From the NCBI GenBank assembly GCA_035534155.1, contig DATLSK010000101.1, positions 1 to 33,205 on the forward strand: a stretch of DNA of 33,205 nt, in the 5' to 3' direction. A model generated the notes under the pieces. It searched no databases, was not told the origin of the DNA, and was given only the letters and a program-made list of their open reading frames with translations. Source of the DNA: Chloroflexota bacterium. GTDB taxonomy: Bacteria; Chloroflexota; UBA6077; FW602-bin22; CADDYW01. The translations under genes and the position numbers were made by a program. Shown in pieces: positions 28,154-33,205 of the stretch (within the stretch, counting starts at the first letter, position 1; each line of letters begins with the position of its first letter).

Positions 28154-28174
28154 TCGAAAGCCCTTTCTCAGGAT

Positions 28175-28537
28175 CTAACAATCCAGTAAGGCTTCCAGTT
28201 TTTTGAGAAGGGTTAGTGGGCTGTATGGCTTGGTCAGATAATCGTCCGCCCCCGCGGCTTGGCCTTCGGCACGATCACGGTCCCCATTGAATGCAGTCAG
28301 GATGACGACCCTCGTTCGATTTGCACCCAGTTTTTCTTTGATTTGACGGCACGCCTCGTAGCCGCTCAACAATGGCATCCGAACGTCCATAAAAACGACG
28401 TCCGGCGCTTCCTCGACGGCGATCGCGACCGCGTCAACGCCGTTGGTGGCTTCCAGAATTTGGTAGTCGGGTCCCAGCGTCAGCCGAATCAGGCGACGCA
28501 GAGCCGCATCGTCGTCCACCAACAAGATTTTGCGCAT
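28175..28537 (-). CDS. Stand-alone response-regulator receiver (CheY-like) protein
   Basis: MRKILLVDDD, VVFMDVRMP (phospho-acceptor Asp), VVILTAF and YLTKPY are all present, and there is no output domain. I moved the start to ATG 28537 (GGGGGGAGGAT-ATG). Confidence 0.85.
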   Translation of the reverse strand: MRKILLVDDDAALRRLIRLTLGPDYQILEATNGVDAVAIAVEEAPDVVFMDVRMPLLSGYEACRQIKEKLGANRTRVVILTAFNGDRDRAEGQAAGADDYLTKPYSPLTLLKKLEALLDC

Positions 28538-28585
28538 ATCCTCCCCCCACTGGTCAAGCTTGCGCCCGACCGCCCTCACCGAGAT

Positions 28586-28659
28586 TCAAAAATGGGAGTA
28601 ACCAGACGCTTCTTCGGACCAGCCGGCATGCTGGTGGGAACAAGCGCCTGGTTACTCCC
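28586..28659 (-). terminator. Long (66-nt) hairpin plus U-tract; intrinsic terminator after argD
   Basis: The outer 12-bp stem pairs GGGAGTAACCAG (28594-28605) with CTGGTTACTCCC (28648-28659). It continues inward for about 26 bp in total with 3 internal mismatch sites and a 6-nt loop. On the minus strand it is followed by ATTTTTG (28593-28587). Confidence 0.6.
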
Positions 28660-28675
28660 TCCCACCAGGTCGTGT

Positions 28676-29869
28676 TTAGAGGTCCGATAAGATCGCGTCG
28701 ATCGTTTCGACGGACTCGTCAATTTCGGCTTCGCCGATGATCAGCGGCGGCACCATGCGAATGGTCTGTGGTCCGGTGTTGTTCAGAATCAGACCGCGCT
28801 TCAGGCCTTCCATCACAACTTTACCCGCCGATTCGCTTTTCAGATCGAAGGCAACCATGAGACCGATGCCGCGGATCTCGGAAATAATCGGCTGGCGACT
28901 TTGGAGCTCGTGGAGCTTGGCCAATGCATACTGTCCGATTTCAGCGCTGTGGCCGGCTAAATCCTCTCGGAAGATGGTTCCGACGGTTGCGACACCTGCC
29001 GCGCAGGCAAGCGGACTTCCTCCAAACGTCGAGCCGTGGTCACCTGCCGACAAAATGCTGCACTGCTCCTTAGCCAAGAACGCGCCAATTGGCACACCGC
29101 CGGCCAAACCTTTTGCCAGCGTGAAAACGTCCGGCTCGACGCCATGGTGTTCGAAAGAAAGGAACTTGCCAGTCCGACCCATACCGGCTTGGATTTCGTC
29201 GAAGATGAGGAGCAGTCCTTGTTCGTCACACCATTGGCGGACGCCGACCAGGTAATCGTGGTTGGCCAGGTGGATACCGCTCTCGCCCTGAACGACCTCG
29301 AGCATAATCGCACACGTTTGAGGACCGGTCGCGGCTTTCAAGGCAGCAAGATCGTTGAATGGAACGGAAATGAAGCCGGCCGGCATCGGCTCGAACGGCT
29401 TGTGGTATTTGGGTTGACCGGTCGCGGCCAGGGTAGCCAGGGTACGGCCGTGGAACGAGTTGTCCACCGTAATCACTTCGTAGGCGCCGTTGCGATTCAG
29501 GCGTCCCCACTTGCGCGCGAGCTTCAATGCCCCCTCATTCGCTTCGGCGCCGCTGTTTGCGAAGAAAATTCGATCCGCGCAGGAGTTCTCGATCAGAAGC
29601 TGAGCGAGCTCGAGCTGGGGAGTCGTGTAATAGAGGTTGGTCGTGTGAATGAGGGTTTTTGCCTGGTGGCTGATCGCCTCGACAACCGCTGGGTGGCAGT
29701 GGCCAAGGACGTTTACCGCCAGGCCCGCTACCATGTCGAGGTAGGATTTTCCGGTATCGTCCCAAACACGCGCTCCTTCGCCCCGCACCAGTACCAACGG
29801 GAGCCGGTTAAAGGTCCGCATGTAGTATTTTGCTTCAAGTTCTCGCCAATTCTGCGTGGTCAGTTGCAC
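28676..29869 (-). CDS. argD: Acetylornithine aminotransferase
   Basis: LIFDEIQAGMGRTGK and DVFTLAKGLAGGVPIGA (PLP Lys) match the class III aminotransferases. The gene follows argJ and argB. I moved the start to GTG 29869, which has AGGAGG 6 nt upstream. Confidence 0.92.
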   Translation of the reverse strand: MQLTTQNWRELEAKYYMRTFNRLPLVLVRGEGARVWDDTGKSYLDMVAGLAVNVLGHCHPAVVEAISHQAKTLIHTTNLYYTTPQLELAQLLIENSCADRIFFANSGAEANEGALKLARKWGRLNRNGAYEVITVDNSFHGRTLATLAATGQPKYHKPFEPMPAGFISVPFNDLAALKAATGPQTCAIMLEVVQGESGIHLANHDYLVGVRQWCDEQGLLLIFDEIQAGMGRTGKFLSFEHHGVEPDVFTLAKGLAGGVPIGAFLAKEQCSILSAGDHGSTFGGSPLACAAGVATVGTIFREDLAGHSAEIGQYALAKLHELQSRQPIISEIRGIGLMVAFDLKSESAGKVVMEGLKRGLILNNTGPQTIRMVPPLIIGEAEIDESVETIDAILSDL

Positions 29870-30737
29870 GGTCCACCTCCTGGTTTTCATCTGCCGCCTG
29901 GGCAGCTACGTTATCGGAGATCATAGTGCCGACGCCGCGGTCGGTGAATAGCTCACGAATCAAAGCGTGGGCGACGCGTCCATCGACGATGTGACTGCGC
30001 TCAACGCCGGCCAGCGCTCGGAGACACGCCTCGACTTTCGGAATCATACCACCACTGATCACCCCCTCGGCGATCAAGGCGCGGACGCCACTCGCCGTGA
30101 GCGCCGAAATGAGCTGACGCTCAGCATCAAGAACGCCCGGTACGTCGGTGAGGAAGATTGCTTTGGTTGCCCGAAGCGCTGCTGCTAACTCGGCGGCGGC
30201 GGTGTCGGCATTCAGATTCAGACTCTTGCCGTCGGCGCCCAGGGCGATTGGCGCGACCACGGGGATGTAGCCCGCCGCGATCAGCGTGTGCAGCGGCTTG
30301 AGGTCGACTTGATAGACTTCGCCAACGCGTCCCAGTTCGGGATCAACTGGCCGTGCGCGCAGCATGCCGCCGTCGAGACCGCACAAGCCGATCGCCTGAC
30401 CGCCCAGTCGCTGGATTTCGGCAACGAGTTGTTTGTTCACTTGTCCAGCCAACGTCATCGTCACCAGATCCATCGTCTCGTCGTCCGTCACGCGCAGCCC
30501 TTTGACGAAGCGAGGTTCTTTGCCGACACGCTTGAGCCATTGACTGATCGCGTTGCCGCCGCCATGGACCAAAACGATCCGAATACCCAAACGGTGGCAA
30601 ATGACAACGTCTTCAATAGTCGTGTCGTGCTGTCCAAGGGCGCTGCCGCCGAGCTTGACGACGATCGTTTTGCCAATGTAGCGGCTGACGTATGGCAGCG
30701 CCTCCGCCAACATCGCGGCTAAATCCGATTCTCCCAA
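29835..30737 (-). CDS. argB: Acetylglutamate kinase
   Basis: LAEALPYVSRYIGKTIVVKLGGSA, VLVHGGG, NLNADTAAAELA. I moved the start to TTG 30737, which has AGGAGG 9 nt upstream. The 3' end overlaps the argD start by 35 nt. Confidence 0.92.
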   Translation of the reverse strand: MGESDLAAMLAEALPYVSRYIGKTIVVKLGGSALGQHDTTIEDVVICHRLGIRIVLVHGGGNAISQWLKRVGKEPRFVKGLRVTDDETMDLVTMTLAGQVNKQLVAEIQRLGGQAIGLCGLDGGMLRARPVDPELGRVGEVYQVDLKPLHTLIAAGYIPVVAPIALGADGKSLNLNADTAAAELAAALRATKAIFLTDVPGVLDAERQLISALTASGVRALIAEGVISGGMIPKVEACLRALAGVERSHIVDGRVAHALIRELFTDRGVGTMISDNVAAQAADENQEVDRATDHAELART

Positions 30738-30843
30738 GACTGGTTTCCTCCTCTCGCAATCGCAAATGGGCGAGAAACGACAATCGAACCTGGGCAAAGA
30801 CCATCCTTGTTAGCCGACGGAGGGTCTCAGAGGATTCGCTTCC

Positions 30844-32046
30844 TCAGGTCGTGTACTTACCGTTGATTTCAACGTATTGCTCGGTAAGATCGCAACCCCA
30901 GGCAACGGCGCTCGCCGAGCCGAGATGGAGGTCCGCGCGAATGACGACGTCGGGGCCGGCCATCTGTGCGACCGCCGTTTCGCGATCGAAGGAAAGAATT
31001 TTCCCATCGTGCATGAGCCAAACGTCGCCGATCGCAATGTCCGTTCGGTTTGAATCCACCGACGCGCCACTGTAGCCGAGCGCGCACAGGATCCGTCCCC
31101 AGTTTGGATCCGCGCCGTAGACCGCCGCTTTCAGTAGACTCGACGAAGCAACCGCACGTGCGGCCAGGCGGGCGTCTCGGTCGGATAACGCCCCGTTGAC
31201 CTTCACCTCGATGAGCTTGGTCGCTCCCTCGCCATCCCGCGCCACTGCTTTGGCCAGTTGAATTGTGACCTCGTCCAGCGCGGCTTGGAATAGGGAGGCT
31301 TCGGGGGTGCCGGCGGCAATTGGCCGATTACCAGCCGCGCCGTTCGCCATAATCACCAGGGTGTCATTTGTACTGGTGTCACCGTCGACCGAAATCATGT
31401 TGAACGACCGATCGGTGGCGGCCTTCAACGCGGCTTGCAGGAACGCGGCTTCGATCGCGGCATCGGTGGTGACGAATGCGAGCATTGTCGCCATGTTCGG
31501 GTGAATCATTCCCGACCCCTTGGACATTCCCCCCAAGGTGATCGTGGCGTCGTCGATCTGGATCTTGACCGCGCACTCTTTGGACCGTAAGTCCGTTGTC
31601 ATGATCGCTTGAGCCGCGGCCGCCCCCCCGTCCGGGGAAAGCTCGATCCGCGCCACACCGGCGCGGATTCGATCCATCGGGAGATGGACGCCGATCACGC
31701 CGGTGGACGCGACCAAGACTTCTTCCGGAGCCACGCCGACTTTGTCGGCTGCCAGGCGAGCCATCTCCGCGGCGTCTGACCAGCCCCGCTGACCGGTACA
31801 AGCGTTCGCGTTTCCTGCGTTGACGATGAAGGCCCGCGCTCGGCGACCTCTCTGGAGACGCTGCTCGCTCAGGTCGACCGGCGCAGCGCGGACTTTGTTG
31901 GTCGTAAAAACACCGGCCGCGGCGGCAGGCCGATCGGAAGCGACGATGCACAGGTCGAGAGCAGCCGTCTTTTTGATTCCCGCGGCAACAGAGCCTGCTT
32001 GATATCCCTTGGCAGAGGTCACTCCTCCACCAGCCAGCACGTCCAT
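30844..32046 (-). CDS. argJ: Bifunctional ornithine acetyltransferase/N-acetylglutamate synthase
   Basis: GVTSAKGYQAGSVAAGIKK, FTTNKVRAAPV, and GMIHPNMATMLAFVTTDA (self-cleavage at A|T). I moved the start to ATG 32046 (MDVLAGGG), which gives the usual length of about 400 aa. Confidence 0.92.
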   Translation of the reverse strand: MDVLAGGGVTSAKGYQAGSVAAGIKKTAALDLCIVASDRPAAAAGVFTTNKVRAAPVDLSEQRLQRGRRARAFIVNAGNANACTGQRGWSDAAEMARLAADKVGVAPEEVLVASTGVIGVHLPMDRIRAGVARIELSPDGGAAAAQAIMTTDLRSKECAVKIQIDDATITLGGMSKGSGMIHPNMATMLAFVTTDAAIEAAFLQAALKAATDRSFNMISVDGDTSTNDTLVIMANGAAGNRPIAAGTPEASLFQAALDEVTIQLAKAVARDGEGATKLIEVKVNGALSDRDARLAARAVASSSLLKAAVYGADPNWGRILCALGYSGASVDSNRTDIAIGDVWLMHDGKILSFDRETAVAQMAGPDVVIRADLHLGSASAVAWGCDLTEQYVEINGKYTT

Positions 32047-32192
32047 ATCGCCAAACGCTCCTGAGCGCTTAAGGATAATTCGGAGAGGAGCCGACCGCCG
32101 CAAAGGCGAACGAACCAAGCGATCGCTGCATGCCTGTCGTAAGTTTGCAGGGTCTCGTGCACCCACGGCACTGGCCGGCCTCGGTACGCGTA

Positions 32193-32221
32193 ATGATACG
32201 CGATTCAAAGCACGCTGCCAA
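32193..32221 (-). promoter_or_regulatory. Candidate arg operon promoter TTGGCA-17 nt-TATCAT
   Basis: On the minus strand the -35 is at 32221-32216 and the -10 at 32198-32193. This implies a leader of about 140 nt before ATG 32046. Confidence 0.5.
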
Positions 32222-32310
32222 GTCCGCGATCGGGCGCGTTATGATGGCTGGGAAACGCACCAGTGGTGCATTGGGCACAGAGAAGACATCGAAGGCTGAT
32301 CGCCAAGTTG

Positions 32311-32329
32311 AAAAGCACGCTGTGCTTTT
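32311..32329 (-). terminator. Short hairpin downstream of tRNA-Tyr (weak terminator candidate)
   Basis: AAAAGCAC-GCT-GTGCTTTT is symmetric, so an A/U-rich run is present on both strands. It lies 53 nt after the tRNA 3' end. Confidence 0.35.
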
Positions 32330-32382
32330 GTTGGCATTGGGGGCGGCCGGTGCGGCGTACCAGAGGCAATGACTAAAGAGGG

Positions 32383-32467
32383 TGGAGGGGGCAGGATTCG
32401 AACCTGCGAAGCCCTTTCAGGCGACAGATTTACAGTCTGTTGGTATTAGCCACTCACCCACCCCTCC
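32383..32467 (-). tRNA. tRNA-Tyr (anticodon GTA), class II long variable arm, CCA not encoded
   Basis: The reverse complement reads GGAGGGG-TG-GGTGAGTGGCTAATACC-A-ACAGA-CTGTAAA-TCTGT-CGCCTGAAAGGGCTTC-GCAGG-TTCGAAT-CCTGC-CCCCTCC-A. Acceptor, anticodon and T arms pair fully. The following bases are CCC, not CCA. Confidence 0.93.
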
Positions 32468-32510
32468 AGGCGAGCGAAAGGCACAGCGCTCACTGTGCCC
32501 AACAGCAATA

Positions 32511-32539
32511 ATTATAAACGATCTGAACTGAAAAAGCAA
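32511..32539 (-). promoter_or_regulatory. Candidate tRNA-Tyr promoter TTGCTT-17 nt-TATAAT
   Basis: On the minus strand the -35 is at 32539-32534 and the -10 at 32516-32511, within an AT-rich stretch between the recO stop and the tRNA. Confidence 0.45.
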
Positions 32540-32574
32540 ACAGTCACCCTATCAACCTGGGAAGGGCCACCCTG

Positions 32575-33205
32575 CTACTCCGAGAGGTTCGAGCTAGCTT
32601 GGGGCGAGGGAAGGGAAAGACCATCGCGCCGTAGCGAGGCCACGAAATAGGCGGACTTCAAATGGCTTTCCGCGACGAACGATGAGTAACCACTGCAAAC
32701 GTGGTCAAGCTCATTGGTTAGCTCGGGTGTGACGTGGAGACGGCTGACCAAATTCCAGTTACCGTCCTGGCAGAGGCGCAGCACCTTTAATCCGTTGGTC
32801 GAGAGCATCGGCGAATCCGGGTCGGTGGAACGACAGGTTCGGCAGAGAATACCGCCGTGCAGATTGCTAAACGCGTTGCCAAGTGGTTCGAGAGAACGGC
32901 GGCAGTGCACGCAATTTCGAAGCTCCGGACGGAAGCCCAGTAAGCCGACTGCCTGGACTTCGAAAAACCGCACGGCTAGATCCGGGCGACTCACCGTGGC
33001 CAGACGTTCGAGCGTCGCGACCATCAGATCGAACAAGGCAACGTTTTCGGACCGATCCTCTGTGAGTCGGTCGACGAGCTCGGCGATGTAGTACGCCAAT
33101 CCGGTGCGCCAGAGATCCTCGCGAAGACCGATGAATGAGGAAACCGTTTCGACTTGAGTGATCACGTCGAGACTTCGGCCGCGGGCCAGCATCAGATGAT
33201 TGTGC
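32575..33205 (-). CDS. recO: DNA repair protein RecO, C-terminal ~210 aa; the 5' end lies outside the window
   Basis: GLAYYIAELVDRLTEDRSENVALFDLMV and the zinc motif CVHCRRSLEP...GGILCRTC are present. The frame stays open to the window edge. Confidence 0.9.
   Translation of the reverse strand, partial: HNHLMLARGRSLDVITQVETVSSFIGLREDLWRTGLAYYIAELVDRLTEDRSENVALFDLMVATLERLATVSRPDLAVRFFEVQAVGLLGFRPELRNCVHCRRSLEPLGNAFSNLHGGILCRTCRSTDPDSPMLSTNGLKVLRLCQDGNWNLVSRLHVTPELTNELDHVCSGYSSFVAESHLKSAYFVASLRRDGLSLPSPQASSNLSE

Noticed and set aside
32199-32215. ARG-box-like sequence TGAATCGCGTATCA in the spacer of the arg promoter
   Set aside because: Only one half-site matches the TGAAT/ATTCA consensus, and the centre is GC-rich instead of AT-rich. 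That is too weak to call an ArgR operator without comparative data.
32130-32372. An 80-aa plus-strand ORF and a 69-aa minus-strand ORF in the argJ leader/tRNA terminator region
   Set aside because: Neither has an SD. They overlap predicted promoter and terminator elements, and their composition is not protein-like.

Overview
This is a GC-rich (about 58-60% by eye), densely packed bacterial chromosomal segment that is almost entirely core housekeeping. From left to right it holds: the 3' part of lon; an envelope module (an Ig-like/CARDB-like putative lipoprotein plus two family-2 glycosyltransferases); a TIGR00300/LOR-SDH-domain enzyme and a YflT/DUF2171-type stress protein on the minus strand; punA joined by a GTGA overlap to a lipoprotein HExxH metallopeptidase; a small zinc-ribbon ORF; the rpsP-KH-rimM cluster (minus); a deviant P-loop/DUF697-like membrane protein preceded by a coupled 35-codon ORF; and glgA-galT followed by a tiny membrane protein. 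Next comes a PyrR-attenuated pyrimidine operon, pyrR-pyrB-pyrC-carA-carB-pyrK-pyrD, which runs without a break into an M48 protease and an FtsB/DivIC-like gene. The window ends with a 1.3-kb patch of small unassigned ORFs and strong hairpins (26.9-28.2 kb), an orphan receiver domain, argJ-argB-argD (minus), tRNA-Tyr(GTA) and the 3' part of recO. I see no transposase, integrase, CRISPR array, recognisable defence gene or obvious acquired island, so I cannot honestly nominate a novel multi-gene system. The least explained sequence is 26.9-28.2 kb, which contains a coding-like frame interrupted by one in-frame TGA, a coiled-coil mini-protein and a perfect 18-bp palindrome. The next least explained is the small translationally coupled ORF at 11.93 kb. 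Gene content and regulation (PyrR RNA attenuator, class 1B DHODH, DivIC-like protein, lmo0937-type peptide, frequent GTG/TTG starts) suggest a Terrabacteria-type lineage, possibly Chloroflexota-like. That assignment is inference only. All family names come from motif recognition by eye, not from searches.
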